From Polaromonas sp. (GTDB lineage: Bacteria > Pseudomonadota > Gammaproteobacteria > Burkholderiales > Burkholderiaceae_C): a stretch of 53,136 bases of DNA. A program made the translations under genes and the position numbers. The stretch spans positions 1 through 53,136 of the forward strand of contig JANMWH010000080.1 in NCBI GenBank assembly GCA_031393945.1. Direction: 5' to 3'. This document shows, in pieces, positions 19,158 through 30,184 of this stretch. The notes under the pieces are model-generated. The model made no database searches. It saw only the letters and a list, made by a program, of their open reading frames with translations, and was not told the origin of the DNA. Each line of letters starts with the position of its first letter. The stretch's first letter is position 1.

Positions 19158-20135
19158 TTATGGCTTTGGCAGAATCACTTTGTCCACCACATGAATCACG
19201 CCGTTGCTTGCAAACACGTCAGTCTTGGTGATATTAATGGAGCGGTTGCGCCCATCAGTAATGACAAACGCGGGGCTGATACTGAAGGTTCCACCTTCAA
19301 CAGTAGTGATAGGCGCATTCGGCGTAATGTCCGCTTTAAGTACGCGACCACTTACAACGTGGTACTTCAACACTTTCGTCAGTAGCGGTCTGGCAGCCGT
19401 CGTGAGCAAGTCCCCGACTGCAGTTACCCCAAGGTCTGCAAGCGACGCAGCGAAGGCGGCGTTGGTAGGCGCAAACACAGTGAAAGGGCCGGTACCCTGA
19501 AGGGTCGCTACCAATTCAGCATTGCTCACTGCAGTCACAAGGGTGGTGAAGTCGCTGATGCTCTGCGCGGTGGCCACAATGTCTTTATCGGCCGGCAAGA
19601 TCACTTTGTCGAGGATGTGCACCACGCCGTTGCTGGCCGGCACGTCAGTCGCCAGAATTTTCGATGTGCGGTTGCGGCCGTCAGTGATGGTTAATACGCC
19701 GCCGGGTGCTTCAATTTTGAAAACACTTTTTTGTAGTGGCGTAATGGCTTTGCCGAGCGGGATGCCCGCTTTTTCGACTTTTGCACCCAGCACGTGGTAA
19801 GTCAGAACGGCAGTCAGCAACGCCTTGTTTGCTAACAAGGCGTCTTTAGTGGTTTTTAGTTCACCTAAAAGCGCAACGAACGCGTCATTATTGGGCGCGA
19901 AAACCGTGAATGGGCCAGCGCCAGACAAGGTGGTGACCAAATCAGCAGCAACAACTGCCTCAACCAAAATGCTAAGCGACGGCGTTGCTTTGGCCAGCTC
20001 GACAATGTTGGGCGCGGGTGCTTGCCCAGACGTCGGCTGCGGTGCATCGTCACCTCCACCACAGCCTGCCAAGATGCTGGTTGAGCCGACTGCTGCTGCC
20101 ATACCGGCAAAAATAAGTGCTTTTCTGCGATCCAT
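19158..20135 (-). CDS. Fasciclin (two FAS1 domains) lipoprotein with twin-arginine-like signal
   Basis: MDRRKAL...LAGC; two repeats of GPFTVFAP(N/T)N.AF, (T/K)YHV, ASNGV.H..DKVILP; ATG at 20135. Confidence 0.9.
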   Translation of the reverse strand: MDRRKALIFAGMAAAVGSTSILAGCGGGDDAPQPTSGQAPAPNIVELAKATPSLSILVEAVVAADLVTTLSGAGPFTVFAPNNDAFVALLGELKTTKDALLANKALLTAVLTYHVLGAKVEKAGIPLGKAITPLQKSVFKIEAPGGVLTITDGRNRTSKILATDVPASNGVVHILDKVILPADKDIVATAQSISDFTTLVTAVSNAELVATLQGTGPFTVFAPTNAAFAASLADLGVTAVGDLLTTAARPLLTKVLKYHVVSGRVLKADITPNAPITTVEGGTFSISPAFVITDGRNRSINITKTDVFASNGVIHVVDKVILPKP

Positions 20136-20211
20136 GTTGAGACTCCAATCAAGATTAAAGACGTTTAAGAAAGAAAGAACTAACTTCGGATCGACAAACA
20201 CTTCAGGTAAT

Positions 20212-20249
20212 AATTACCGTTTGGTATTTATCGATACCGAACGGTAATT
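20212..20249. promoter_or_regulatory. Long inverted repeat upstream of the fasciclin gene (candidate repressor operator)
   Basis: aattaccgtttggtat-ttatcg-ataccgaacggtaatt, arms 15/16 complementary; each arm contains a taccg-nn-(c/t)ggta palindrome. Confidence 0.55.
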
Positions 20250-20470
20250 TAATAGACTAATCAGTGCAAATTAATTTTCAATTTGTTACTTTCGGGTGAT
20301 AAGTCTTGTGAATCAAGCGTCATTGGTAGCGGCGATTAATGCCATTGTTTGATGCGACCGGAGGCGGTGTTTACGTGAGTAGTGGCCTCTGACGCCGATA
20401 TCAGCGGTCAGCAGGGAGCCGGGCCAATGCGTGTGGTTTTGCCAGGGGCGAAATCCTCGACAATCACACA

Positions 20471-20869
20471 ATGAATTGGATAGAACAAATCAAGTGGGAC
20501 GACAAAGGCCTCGTCCCCGTTATTGCGCAAGAGCAATCCAGCGGCGACGTGCTGATGTTTGCGTGGATGAACCGCGAGGCACTGCAAAAAACCGCCGAGC
20601 TGGGCCGCGCTGTGTATTTCAGTCGCTCCCGCAATAAACTGTGGTTCAAGGGTGAAGAGTCGGGTCACGTGCAAACCGTGCATGAAATTCGCGCGGATTG
20701 TGACAGCGATGTCGTGCTGCTCAAGGTCACGCAATTGGGCCATGAGCCCGGTCAGCCAGGTGTCGCCTGCCACACGGGTCGGCACAGCTGCTTTTTCAGT
20801 GTTTTTAAAGACGGCCAGTGGGTTATCACCGACCCGGTCTTGAAAGATCCGGCAAGCATCTATAAGTAG
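20471..20869 (+). CDS. hisI: Phosphoribosyl-AMP cyclohydrolase
   Basis: [30 protein letters not shown]. Confidence 0.97.
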   Translation: MNWIEQIKWDDKGLVPVIAQEQSSGDVLMFAWMNREALQKTAELGRAVYFSRSRNKLWFKGEESGHVQTVHEIRADCDSDVVLLKVTQLGHEPGQPGVACHTGRHSCFFSVFKDGQWVITDPVLKDPASIYK

Positions 20870-20874
20870 GCGCT

Positions 20875-21315
20875 ATGAATTCAAACGATTTAAGCAACGA
20901 CAGTCTGGCGCGCTTGGCGCAAATCATCGAAAGCCGCAAAGTGGCAAACGGTGGCGACCCTGAAAGCAGCTACGTCGCGCGCCTGCTGCACAAAGGCCCC
21001 GATGCGTTTTTGAAAAAAATCGGCGAAGAAGCGACTGAAGTCGTCATGGCCGCCAAAGACCTGGACTGCGGCGGCTTGACGCCTGAATTAAAAAGCGCGT
21101 TTGTTGGCGAAGTGGCGGACCTGTGGTTTCACTCCCTGATCGCGCTGGCGCATTACGGGCTGCAGCCGGCGGACGTCATCGCCGAGCTGGAACGCCGCGA
21201 GGGCACCAGCGGCATTGAAGAAAAAGCGCTGCGTAAAGCCGAAAAACGGGATGCAGAGCGCGACATGAAGCGCGACATTGAACGCGACTCGGACCGCGAA
21301 GCCGCAAAAAATTAA
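20875..21315 (+). CDS. hisE: Phosphoribosyl-ATP diphosphatase
   Basis: [23 protein letters not shown]. Confidence 0.96.
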   Translation: MNSNDLSNDSLARLAQIIESRKVANGGDPESSYVARLLHKGPDAFLKKIGEEATEVVMAAKDLDCGGLTPELKSAFVGEVADLWFHSLIALAHYGLQPADVIAELERREGTSGIEEKALRKAEKRDAERDMKRDIERDSDREAAKN

Positions 21316-21328
21316 CAAGGAAGAAGTC

Positions 21329-21703
21329 ATGAACAACGACGTCACCACCATCGAGCCCGACGAAGGTCTTAAAACCTGGGGCTGGCTCAGCTATTTTTTA
21401 CATCTGGTCGTGGCGGTTGCTGCGATTGTTCCGGGGGCGCAAGCATCCATCACGCTGCTTGTTATTGCGCTCATCATTGACCTCGTTAAACGCGGCGATG
21501 CTGAAAACACCTGGCAGGCGTCGCACTTTAGGTGGCGCATTCGCACGGTGCTGTGGGCTGGCGTTTTGTACTTGGTTACCGCGCCGCTGTTTTTGTTGCT
21601 GTTTCTCCCCGGGCTTATTGCCTGGGCACTGGTTTCTATCTGGTTTTTGTACCGCATTGTGCTGGGCATGGTGCGCATGAATGCAAACAGGGCGGTTGAG
21701 TAA
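21329..21703 (+). CDS. Conserved membrane protein (DUF4870-like)
   Basis: Hydrophobic; SHFRWRIRT and WFLYRI motifs; position between hisE and HIT. Confidence 0.7.
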   Translation: MNNDVTTIEPDEGLKTWGWLSYFLHLVVAVAAIVPGAQASITLLVIALIIDLVKRGDAENTWQASHFRWRIRTVLWAGVLYLVTAPLFLLLFLPGLIAWALVSIWFLYRIVLGMVRMNANRAVE

Positions 21704-21705
21704 GC

Positions 21706-22065
21706 ATGACCGCACCTGAGAACTGCCTTTTTTGCAAAATCATCGCTGGCAAAATTCCCAGCCGCGTCGTTTACGAAGACCATGAAATTTTCGCTTTTCA
21801 TGACATCAACCCTTGGGCGCCAGTGCACTTTTTGATGGTGCCCAAGCTGCACATTGCGTCAATGGCGCAGGCCAGCGCTGAGCATGCTGCGCTGCTTGGC
21901 CGCCTCATGGTGTTGGCCCCTAAGCTGGCGCTGGAGCAAGGTTGCCGGCCTTATCCGGAAGGCGGCTTTCGGATGGTTACAAATACGGGTGCTGAGGGCG
22001 GACAAGAGGTGCATCATTTGCATTTCCATGTCATGGGCGGACCCAGGCCCTGGTTGCGTGGGTAA
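21706..22065 (+). CDS. Histidine triad (HIT/HinT) nucleotide-binding protein
   Basis: CLFCKII, GQEVHHLHFHV. Confidence 0.95.
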   Translation: MTAPENCLFCKIIAGKIPSRVVYEDHEIFAFHDINPWAPVHFLMVPKLHIASMAQASAEHAALLGRLMVLAPKLALEQGCRPYPEGGFRMVTNTGAEGGQEVHHLHFHVMGGPRPWLRG

Positions 22066-22169
22066 GCTTGAACAAATGGCCGTCACCACGCGACACACAA
22101 GCCCTTTAGAATCAAGTCATCATCGGTAAAACTGTAAAGCGCTTAACAGCAACGTATTAGGAGTACATC

Positions 22170-22406
22170 ATGGGTTCATTTTCTATTTGGCACTGGGCAA
22201 TTGTTCTGTTGATCGTCGTCATGGTGTTTGGCACCAAGAAGTTGCGCAATATGGGCGGCGATCTGGGCGGCGCGGTCAAGGGTTTTAAAGACGGAATGAA
22301 AGACGGCGGCACTGCCGCTGCAGACGACAAGGCTGCTACCCAAGTGGCCAATGGCCAAGCAGTTGACAAAACAACGATTGACGTTGAAGCCAAACAAAAG
22401 CTGTGA
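22170..22406 (+). CDS. tatA: Tat translocase subunit
   Basis: [27 protein letters not shown]. Confidence 0.96.
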   Translation: MGSFSIWHWAIVLLIVVMVFGTKKLRNMGGDLGGAVKGFKDGMKDGGTAAADDKAATQVANGQAVDKTTIDVEAKQKL

Positions 22407-22461
22407 GCGGGACAATTGAAGCTGGAAGGTTCAAGCTCAAAGCTCGAAGAGGTAGCGGCTT

Positions 22462-22929
22462 GTGATTGACCTTGGCGTCTCAAAAATTGCATTGATTGGT
22501 GCTGTGGCGCTGATCGTGATTGGCCCCGAAAAACTGCCACGCCTGGCGCGCACGATTGGCACATTGCTGGGCAAGGCGCAGCGCTATGTTGCCGACGTCA
22601 AGCAAGAAGTCAGTCGCTCGATGGAGCTTGACGAGCTCAAGAAAATGAAAGACACCGTAGAAGGCGCTGCCCGCGATGTCGAAAATTCTATTCAAACCAA
22701 CGCCAGCGATTTCGAAAAGTCGTGGTCGGATGCCACTGGCGAAGCCGCCTCTGCCTCGGTTTACCCAGAAATCCCGCCTGAGTACAAGCACCCCAAAAAG
22801 AAATGGCGCCTGAAAACCGGTGCTACGCCGCAATGGTACAAAGCTCGCTCCGGCACGCGTACCCGCACGCAGTCGGGCGCAGCGCGGGTGGCGCGTTTCC
22901 GGCCAGTCAGCACCAGCAAAACTCAATAG
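22462..22929 (+). CDS. tatB: Tat translocase subunit
   Basis: [15 protein letters not shown]; GTG start. Confidence 0.95.
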   Translation: MIDLGVSKIALIGAVALIVIGPEKLPRLARTIGTLLGKAQRYVADVKQEVSRSMELDELKKMKDTVEGAARDVENSIQTNASDFEKSWSDATGEAASASVYPEIPPEYKHPKKKWRLKTGATPQWYKARSGTRTRTQSGAARVARFRPVSTSKTQ

Positions 22930-22980
22930 CCTGCGGCGCATGGTTTAACTGCTAATTTTCAGCGCATTTTTGTAAATTCC

Positions 22981-23808
22981 ATGTCTGATCCCACTTCCGA
23001 AAAGCCAGCTGATCCAGCTAACCCCGACAAGCCAGACGAGTTGGCGGGCACAGAGCAGCCTTTTGTTCACCACCTGATGGAGCTGCGCAACCGCATGATT
23101 TGGGCGGTAGTAGCCATTGGTATTGCCGCTGCGGGTCTGGCCATATTCCCGGGACCTGGCGCCTTGTATGACCTGATGGCTGCACCGCTGGTGGCCACGC
23201 TGCCCAAGGGCGCCACCTTGATTGCGACCAACGTGATTTCGCCTTTTGTGGTGCCAATCAAAATTTTGTTTATGGCGGCATTTATGATTGCCCTGCCCGT
23301 GGTGCTGTACCAGGTGTGGGCGTTTGTGGCGCCGGGCTTGTATTCACATGAAAAAAAGCTGGTGATGCCGCTGGTTATTTCCAGCACGTTGCTGTTTTTT
23401 TGCGGTGTGGCATTTTGTTATTTTGTGGTGTTTGGTCAGGTTTTCACTTTCATTCAAAGCTTTGCGCCCAAATCCATCACCGCTGCGCCAGACATTGAAG
23501 AGTATTTGAACTTTGTGCTGGGCATGTTCCTGGCGTTTGGGCTGGCCTTTGAAGTGCCGATTGCCGTGATTTTGCTGGTGCGCATGGGTGTGCTGACGGT
23601 CGCCCAATTGCGTGAGTATCGCGGTTACTTTTGGGTCATTGCTGCGGTGGGCACAGCGTTGGTCACACCGCCTGATGCGGGCTCGATGCTGATGCTGCTT
23701 GGCGTGGTGGGCGGGCTGTACGAAGTCGGCATTCTTGCTGCGCAGCTTTTCGTAAAAAGCACCAAGGCACCAGATTCAACGGCGGATACTGAAGCAGCCA
23801 AACCTTAG
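22981..23808 (+). CDS. tatC: Tat translocase subunit
   Basis: HLMELRNR, YQVWAFVAPGLY..EK, FEVP, TPPD, LYEVG. Confidence 0.96.
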   Translation: MSDPTSEKPADPANPDKPDELAGTEQPFVHHLMELRNRMIWAVVAIGIAAAGLAIFPGPGALYDLMAAPLVATLPKGATLIATNVISPFVVPIKILFMAAFMIALPVVLYQVWAFVAPGLYSHEKKLVMPLVISSTLLFFCGVAFCYFVVFGQVFTFIQSFAPKSITAAPDIEEYLNFVLGMFLAFGLAFEVPIAVILLVRMGVLTVAQLREYRGYFWVIAAVGTALVTPPDAGSMLMLLGVVGGLYEVGILAAQLFVKSTKAPDSTADTEAAKP

Positions 23809-23856
23809 CAAAATCGGCTTATAGTGCCTTTTTTGCTTCAAAATAGGCATGTTTTG

Positions 23857-23906
23857 GTGCTGTAGCCCAACAAATACGGGCGTGAGCAGCTCCTATTATT
23901 ATAGCA
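23857..23906 (+). repeat. Dispersed 50-bp motif, copy 4 (between convergent tatC and Rieske gene)
   Basis: gtgctgtagccc-aacaaatac-gggc-gtgagca-gctcc-tattatt-atagc-a. Confidence 0.88.
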
Positions 23907-23939
23907 AATAAATGCTTTGTATCTGCTTAATATCTGCTG

Positions 23940-25058
23940 CTAAATCATCTGCGTGGTTTTGCTGGCGCCCATTTCCCTGCGGTACCACTCGTGAAAGTGC
24001 TGCATGCCGTCTTCCATCGGGCTTTGGTACGGCCCAAATTCATTGTCTCCGCGCAGCATCAAGGCCTTTCGCCCGGCGTCCATGCGCAGGGCAATTTCGT
24101 CGTCTTCCACGCAGGTTTCCATGTACGCCGCTTGCTGCGCTTCGATAAATTCGCGCTCAAAGGCGCAGATTTCTTCAGGGTAGAAAAACTCCACCACGTT
24201 GAGCGTTTTATCTGGCCCCCGCGGGTGAAGCGAGCTGACAACCAGCACGTGCGGGTACCACTCCACCATGACGTGGGGGTAATACGTCAGCCAAATAGCG
24301 CCGTACTTGGGCGGCACGCCTTTGCGGTATTGCAGCACCACGTCGTGCCACTTTTTATAGGTGTCGGTGCCCGGTTTGCCCAGCTTGTCAGACACGCCAA
24401 CGGTTTGTACCGAATACTGGCGCTTGAGCTCCCACTGCAAGTCGTGCGTGGTGACGAAAGCGCCCAGCCCGGGGTGAAACGGGCCGACGTGGTAGTCCTC
24501 CAGGTAGACCTCAATAAACGTTTTCCAGTTGTAGTTGCACTCGTGCAGGTGCACCTTATCAAGCTGGTAGCCCGCAAAATCAAGGTCTGGCATGACGCCG
24601 AGCGATGCCATTTCGCCTGCAATGTCTCGCCCGGTGTCTTCAAAAACCAATCCATTCCAGGTGGTGGTGGGGTAGCGATTGAGGTTCAGGCAGGGGTCAA
24701 TTTCAAAGTGGGGCGCCCCAATCAGCTCGCCCGATGTGTTGTATGTCCAGCGGTGTAGCGGGCAAACAATGTTGCTGCCAGTGTTGCCGCGGCCTTGCAG
24801 CATGGTGGATTGCCGGTGGCGGCACACGTTGGAAATCAGCTCAATGCCGGCTGCATTTCGCACCAGCGCCCGGCCCTCGCCTTCGTGCGGCAAAGCGTAA
24901 AAATCGCCCAGGTTGGGCACCGCCAGCTCATGCCCCAAATAGCGTGGCCCCTTGGCAAAAAGCTTTTGCTGTTCTCGCTCGAACAGTGCGGCATCAAAAT
25001 AACTGGAGATCGGCAGCTGGCTGGTGGCTTGCAGCAGGCGAAGGCTTAAATCAGACAT
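23940..25058 (-). CDS. Rieske non-heme iron oxygenase alpha subunit (ring-hydroxylating/choline monooxygenase-like)
   Basis: Rieske motifs NVCRHR and CPLHRW; mononuclear Fe motif NWK...EDYHVGPFH; EDD. Confidence 0.88.
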   Translation of the reverse strand: MSDLSLRLLQATSQLPISSYFDAALFEREQQKLFAKGPRYLGHELAVPNLGDFYALPHEGEGRALVRNAAGIELISNVCRHRQSTMLQGRGNTGSNIVCPLHRWTYNTSGELIGAPHFEIDPCLNLNRYPTTTWNGLVFEDTGRDIAGEMASLGVMPDLDFAGYQLDKVHLHECNYNWKTFIEVYLEDYHVGPFHPGLGAFVTTHDLQWELKRQYSVQTVGVSDKLGKPGTDTYKKWHDVVLQYRKGVPPKYGAIWLTYYPHVMVEWYPHVLVVSSLHPRGPDKTLNVVEFFYPEEICAFEREFIEAQQAAYMETCVEDDEIALRMDAGRKALMLRGDNEFGPYQSPMEDGMQHFHEWYRREMGASKTTQMI

Positions 25059-25179
25059 GCAGTGGTGGCGGGCGCTTGCCTCAGATGGAAGGAACGCACA
25101 AGTTTACCCGTGCAAGGTGCACCGCCGCCTGAAATCACTGCCGTAACGCCCTAAAATCAGGCACAAACCAAAAAACGTC

Positions 25180-25437
25180 ATGGCTAAATCTACATCTGCT
25201 ACCGCTGCTGCTTCCGCTTCATCATCTGCGCTTGCACTTCCCGCTACCTATGAGGCCGCGCTGCAGGAGCTTGAGGGCTTGATCTCTGGCCTTGAGTCAG
25301 GTCAATTACCGCTCGACCAACTGTTGATCGCCTACCAGCGCGGCGCGCAGTTAATGGCTTTTTGCAAGAGCAAACTTGAAGCGGTGGAGTCACAAATCAA
25401 AGTGCTTGAGGGCAATGAGCTCAAGCCTTGGGCGTAA
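25180..25437 (+). CDS. xseB: Exodeoxyribonuclease VII small subunit
   Basis: [22 protein letters not shown]; upstream of ispA-dxs. Confidence 0.92.
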   Translation: MAKSTSATAAASASSSALALPATYEAALQELEGLISGLESGQLPLDQLLIAYQRGAQLMAFCKSKLEAVESQIKVLEGNELKPWA

Positions 25438-25453
25438 GGCATTTTTCGTGAAT

Positions 25454-26386
25454 ATGTTTTTGAACGCACATCCGTCTGTGGCTTTTAATTTCGAGCGTTG
25501 GACGACTGAGCAGCGCCAAGCCGTTGAGTCAGCGTTAGCGCAGTGGGTGGCTCACCCGACTCAATCGCCGGCACCAGCGGGGTTGGGTGAGGCGATGCGA
25601 TACGCTGTGCTAGGCGGTGGCAAGCGCCTGCGCCCGTTGCTAACTTTGGCAGCCTGTGAAGCAGTTAATGGCAACGCGGCAGCAGCCATGCGCGCAGCGT
25701 GCGCCCTTGAGCTGATTCACGCGTATTCGCTGGTACACGACGACATGCCGTGCATGGACAATGACTCGTTGCGGCGCGGCAAGCCGACCGTTCATATTCA
25801 GTTTGGCCAAGCCCAAGCTTTGCTTGCAGGCGACGCACTGCAGGCACTTGCTTTTGAATTGCTGACCCCAGACGATGACGCCATCAGCAGCGCGCTGCAA
25901 GCACGCCTATGTGCAATGCTCGCGCGGGCGGCTGGCTACCAAGGCATGGCGGGTGGTCAGGCCATTGATTTGGCCAGTGTTGGCCTGCCGCTTAACGCAG
26001 ATCAGCTGCACGAAATGCACCGACTTAAAACGGGCGCGCTGCTGCAGGCCAGTGTCCTGATGGGCGCCAGCTGCGGGGGGCCGTCAGCGTCGGTTACAGC
26101 TGCGCTTGGCGACTATGGCGCGGCAATCGGGTTGGCCTTTCAGGTCATGGATGACGTGCTCGATGTCACCTCAGACTCCGCTACGCTGGGCAAAACGGCA
26201 GGTAAAGATGCGGCGCAAGACAAACCCACGTTCGTGTCGCTGATGGGCCTTGACGGTTCCAGGGCTTACGCACAGCAGCTACTAGCCCGCGCGCTGGGAA
26301 ACCTCGACGCCCTTGAATCTCAGTCCCCACAGGCGGCACACGCTTTACGAGCGCTGGCTGATATGCTGGTCAACAGACAGCACTAA
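25454..26386 (+). CDS. ispA: Farnesyl diphosphate synthase (polyprenyl synthetase)
   Basis: [33 protein letters not shown]; start approximate (ATG 25454 or GTG 25448). Confidence 0.92.
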   Translation: MFLNAHPSVAFNFERWTTEQRQAVESALAQWVAHPTQSPAPAGLGEAMRYAVLGGGKRLRPLLTLAACEAVNGNAAAAMRAACALELIHAYSLVHDDMPCMDNDSLRRGKPTVHIQFGQAQALLAGDALQALAFELLTPDDDAISSALQARLCAMLARAAGYQGMAGGQAIDLASVGLPLNADQLHEMHRLKTGALLQASVLMGASCGGPSASVTAALGDYGAAIGLAFQVMDDVLDVTSDSATLGKTAGKDAAQDKPTFVSLMGLDGSRAYAQQLLARALGNLDALESQSPQAAHALRALADMLVNRQH

Positions 26387-26411
26387 GCATTTGATTGAAG
26401 ACAAAACCAAG

Positions 26412-28322
26412 ATGACTCCATTGCTAGACACCATCGAAAGCCCGGCAGACCTGCGAAAGCTGACGCGCGCACAGCTGAAACCGCTAGCGGACGAGCTGCG
26501 CGCTTACTTGCTTGACACGGTGTCCAAAACCGGAGGCCATTTGAGCTCTAATTTGGGCACAGTCGAGCTGACGGTCGCACTGCACTATGTGTTTAACACG
26601 CCTGAAGATCGACTGGTGTGGGATGTGGGCCATCAAACCTACCCGCACAAAATTTTGACCGGCAGAAAAGACCGCATGGGCAGCCTGCGGCAATTCGGCG
26701 GTTTATCGGGTTTCCCGCGCCGGGACGAGAGCGAGTACGACACCTTTGGCACAGCGCATTCGTCAACGTCTATTTCGGCGGCGCTGGGCATGGCGATGGC
26801 CGCCAAGCAAAAAGGCGAAGACCGCAACAGCATCGCCATCATTGGCGACGGTGCAATGAGCGCAGGCATGGCTTTCGAGGCGATGAACAATGCAGGCGTG
26901 CAAGACAACTCCAAGCTGTTGGTGGTGTTGAACGACAACGACATGAGTATTTCGCCGCCCGTCGGCGCGCTGAACCGTTATTTGGCGCAGTTGATGAGCG
27001 GGAGGTTTTATGCATCGGCCCGAAGTGTAGGCAAGCAGGTGCTGGGTATTGCACCGCCGCTGCTTGAGCTGGCGAAGCGGCTGGAAACGCATGCCAAAGG
27101 CATGGTGGTGCCCGCCACCATGTTTGAAAACTTCGGCTTTAATTACATCGGCCCGATAGATGGGCACGACCTTGACTCGCTTATTCCCACGCTGGAAAAC
27201 ATCAAGTATTTGATGAAAACCAGTTCCAGCCCGCAGTTTCTGCACGTGGTAACCAAAAAAGGAAATGGGTACGGCCTGGCAGAAGTAGACCCGATTGCCT
27301 ATCACGGCCCGGGCAAGTTTGACCCTGCTATGGGTCTGCAAAAAGCGACCGCACCGGCCAAGCAAACCTTCACACAAGTTTTTGGCAGTTGGTTATGCGA
27401 CATGGCAGAGCACGATGCACGTCTGGTCGGCATCACGCCAGCCATGCGCGAAGGCTCCGGCATGGTGGAGTTCCACAAACGCTTTCCCGACCGCTACCAC
27501 GATGTGGGCATTGCCGAGCAGCATGCCATTACTTTCGCGGCTGGCATGGCCTGCGAAGGCTTAAAACCAGTGGTGGCTATCTACTCAACCTTTCTTCAGC
27601 GCGGATACGACCAGCTGGTGCACGATGTGGCGCTGCAAAATCTGCCCGTGGTGTTTGCGCTGGACCGGGCTGGGCTGGTCGGTGCCGACGGCGCTACGCA
27701 CGCGGGCGCCTACGACATCGGGTACTTGCGCTGCATCCCCAACATGAGCATTGCCTGCCCGGCAGACGAGCGAGAGTGCCGTATGTTGCTTAGCAGTGCA
27801 TTCGAGCAAAACCATCCTGTGGCTGTGCGCTACCCACGTGGCGCAGGAGCCGGCGTGGCGCCAGAGCCGGGCTTGCAGTCGTTGCCGTTTGCAAAAGGCG
27901 AAATTCGGCGCAGCGGAGCAGGTATAGCGATTTTGGCGTTTGGCACGCTGCTGTACCCCGCGCTCGCCGCTGCTGAAAAGCTGGGCGCCACCGTGGTCAA
28001 TATGCGTTGGGCGAAGCCGCTTGACATTGAGCTGCTGCTAAAAGTGGCGAGCACCCACGATGCACTGGTCACTGTAGAAGAAGGCGCCATCATGGGAGGC
28101 GCTGGCAGCGCAGTTAGCGAGGCACTGCACGCTGCAGGTGTCGTCAAGCCAGTACTCCACTTGGGCCTGAAAGACGAGTTTATTGAGCATGGCGACCCCG
28201 CCAAACTGCTTGGCCTGCAGGGGCTTGACGCAGCGGGCATCGAAGCTGCGATTTCAAAGCGATTTCCTGAGCTCGTCGACGGGTTTGGCGTTGAGCGGCA
28301 AGAGCTGAAATCCGCCGCCTGA
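26412..28322 (+). CDS. dxs: 1-deoxy-D-xylulose-5-phosphate synthase
   Basis: [44 protein letters not shown]; ATG at 26412. Confidence 0.97.
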   Translation: MTPLLDTIESPADLRKLTRAQLKPLADELRAYLLDTVSKTGGHLSSNLGTVELTVALHYVFNTPEDRLVWDVGHQTYPHKILTGRKDRMGSLRQFGGLSGFPRRDESEYDTFGTAHSSTSISAALGMAMAAKQKGEDRNSIAIIGDGAMSAGMAFEAMNNAGVQDNSKLLVVLNDNDMSISPPVGALNRYLAQLMSGRFYASARSVGKQVLGIAPPLLELAKRLETHAKGMVVPATMFENFGFNYIGPIDGHDLDSLIPTLENIKYLMKTSSSPQFLHVVTKKGNGYGLAEVDPIAYHGPGKFDPAMGLQKATAPAKQTFTQVFGSWLCDMAEHDARLVGITPAMREGSGMVEFHKRFPDRYHDVGIAEQHAITFAAGMACEGLKPVVAIYSTFLQRGYDQLVHDVALQNLPVVFALDRAGLVGADGATHAGAYDIGYLRCIPNMSIACPADERECRMLLSSAFEQNHPVAVRYPRGAGAGVAPEPGLQSLPFAKGEIRRSGAGIAILAFGTLLYPALAAAEKLGATVVNMRWAKPLDIELLLKVASTHDALVTVEEGAIMGGAGSAVSEALHAAGVVKPVLHLGLKDEFIEHGDPAKLLGLQGLDAAGIEAAISKRFPELVDGFGVERQELKSAA

Positions 28323-28527
28323 ATGATCGTTGCCAGCACCCGCTGAGCTGCGGTAAATTCGCATCACCACTACGGGTAAAAACCGGGTAAAAAACTTTTA
28401 AACGCTGACAAAATCGCTGTGCCGGTAGAAGAGCCAACGCTTACGCATAAAGCTATTGGTGATAATTCGGCAAATCAACGCAGAGTCGCGCTACCGGTAA
28501 TCTGAATAACCTTTTTGGAGAGAATCA

Positions 28528-29607
28528 ATGGATCGTCGTTCCCTAATTAAAAATGCTGGCATTGCTGGCGTGCTCGCCGCCGGCGTTGCGCCTGCTGTTC
28601 ATGCGCAGGCTGCCGTTCGCTGGCGCTTGTCATCCAGCTTCCCGAAAGCGCTGGACACGATTTACGGCGCGGCCGAAGTGTTTGCAGCCAAAGTCAAGGC
28701 CATGTCGGGCGGCAAGTTTGAAATCTCCACCCATGCTGGTGGCGAAATTACCCCGCCGTTTGGCGTGGTAGACGCTGTGCAGCAAGGCTCCGTTGAATGC
28801 GCCCACACTGCGCCGTACTATTTCTTCGGTAAAAACGAAGCATTTGCACTCGGTTGCGCGGTTCCGTTCGGCTTGAACAGCCGCCAAATGACGGCTTGGG
28901 TGTACCAAGGCAATGGCTTGAAATTGATGCGCGAGTTCTATGCCAACTACGGCATGACGAGTTTCCCAATGGGCAACACGGGCGCGCAAATGGGCGGCTG
29001 GTACCGCAAAGAAATCAAATCGATCAAGGACATTAAAGGGTTGAAAATGCGTATCGGCGGTTTCGCCGGCAAGGTGTTTGAGCCAATGGGTGGCGTGCCG
29101 CAAAACATTCCAGGCGGCGAGATCTACACCGCGCTCGAAAAAGGCACGATCGACGCTGCCGAGTGGGTAGGCCCTTACGACGACCAAAAGCTTGGCTTTA
29201 ATAAAGTCGCGCCGTTTTACTACTACCCAGGCTGGTGGGAGGGCGGCCCACAGCTGGACCTGTACATCAACCAAAAAGCGTTCGATGCACTGTCGCCAGA
29301 AAACAAAGCCATCGTTGAGTCAGCTGCGGCATTTGCGCACACCGACATGCAGGCCAAATACGACGCCAAAAACCCGGCCGCCCTGAAGCAGCTGGTTGGC
29401 TCGGGCACCAAGCTGCGTCCGTTCCCGAACGACGTCCTCGCTGAAGCGTTCAAAGTGTCTCAGCAGTTGTACAGCGACTTGTCAGCCAAAAACCCTGAGT
29501 GGGCAAAAATCTATGCGGACTATTCCAAGTTCCGTGCTGATTCCAACTTGTGGTTCCGCTTTTGCGAAGCCAAGTTTGACAGTTTCATGCAAGCGCAAAA
29601 GCTGTAA
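28528..29607 (+). CDS. dctP: TRAP transporter substrate-binding protein (DctP/TakP-like), Tat signal
   Basis: MDRRSLIK; GNTGAQMGGW, GLKMRI, DAAEWVGPYDD, YPGWWE. Confidence 0.92.
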   Translation: MDRRSLIKNAGIAGVLAAGVAPAVHAQAAVRWRLSSSFPKALDTIYGAAEVFAAKVKAMSGGKFEISTHAGGEITPPFGVVDAVQQGSVECAHTAPYYFFGKNEAFALGCAVPFGLNSRQMTAWVYQGNGLKLMREFYANYGMTSFPMGNTGAQMGGWYRKEIKSIKDIKGLKMRIGGFAGKVFEPMGGVPQNIPGGEIYTALEKGTIDAAEWVGPYDDQKLGFNKVAPFYYYPGWWEGGPQLDLYINQKAFDALSPENKAIVESAAAFAHTDMQAKYDAKNPAALKQLVGSGTKLRPFPNDVLAEAFKVSQQLYSDLSAKNPEWAKIYADYSKFRADSNLWFRFCEAKFDSFMQAQKL

Positions 29608-29630
29608 TCGACAGCAGCGTTTTAAACAAT

Positions 29631-29661
29631 AAAAAAACCGCGCTACGGCGCGGTTTTTTTT
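29631..29661. terminator. Bidirectional Rho-independent terminator
   Basis: aaaaaaaccgcgc-tacg-gcgcggtttttttt between convergent genes. Confidence 0.88.
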
Positions 29662-29683
29662 GGCTGACTCTTAAACAAATGCT

Positions 29684-30154
29684 TCAACGTCGAATACGCA
29701 TCGCCTTCAACTCGCTCTCCATTCGCTTAAACTCCACCAGCATGGCCGGTGAAGAAGCGTAAAAAATAGCCAGCTTGCCTGCATAGGTTTTGGTGTACAG
29801 GCGCGGAGCGACCAGCCATTCCAGGCCGCGCATCCGAATTAACTTGACGTAAGCCAGCTGCCTCAACTCTGCCCGTTTATGCCACACCCACGTTTGCTCC
29901 AGCGAGATATTGTCTAGTGTCGTTTTGCCGTTAAAAATGTACCATCCGGTGTAGACCATCAAGCAAAGCGCAGCAATCAGCCAGCCGCTAGAAGCCAGCG
30001 TTAGCGCAATCGTGCCGCTAGACCAGAGCTGTGCGCCCCACACCAACGCAGGCGTGATCAGCGCGGCAGCCAGAACCTTAAACGGTAAAGAAAATGAACT
30101 TGACTCCATCCGCCCACCGGCTGGCGTGAAAGCAAATAGCTCCGGCTCTTTCAT
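29684..30154 (-). CDS. Hypothetical membrane protein
   Basis: 156-aa ORF with two hydrophobic segments, downstream of dctM. Confidence 0.7.
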   Translation of the reverse strand: MKEPELFAFTPAGGRMESSSFSLPFKVLAAALITPALVWGAQLWSSGTIALTLASSGWLIAALCLMVYTGWYIFNGKTTLDNISLEQTWVWHKRAELRQLAYVKLIRMRGLEWLVAPRLYTKTYAGKLAIFYASSPAMLVEFKRMESELKAMRIRR

Positions 30155-30184
30155 GTCGACTTGCAGGCACTGCTTCTGTTGACA

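Noticed and set aside
21366-21406. Partial motif match (gggc-tggctca-gctat) in the DUF4870-like gene
   Set aside because: Outer arms match only 2/4 and 2/5; plausible by chance
23991-24758. Long antisense or alternate-frame ORFs (this one, and e.g. 40151-40921, 28630-29274, 12849-13532)
   Set aside because: Shadows of well-supported genes in GC-rich DNA with no recognisable motifs
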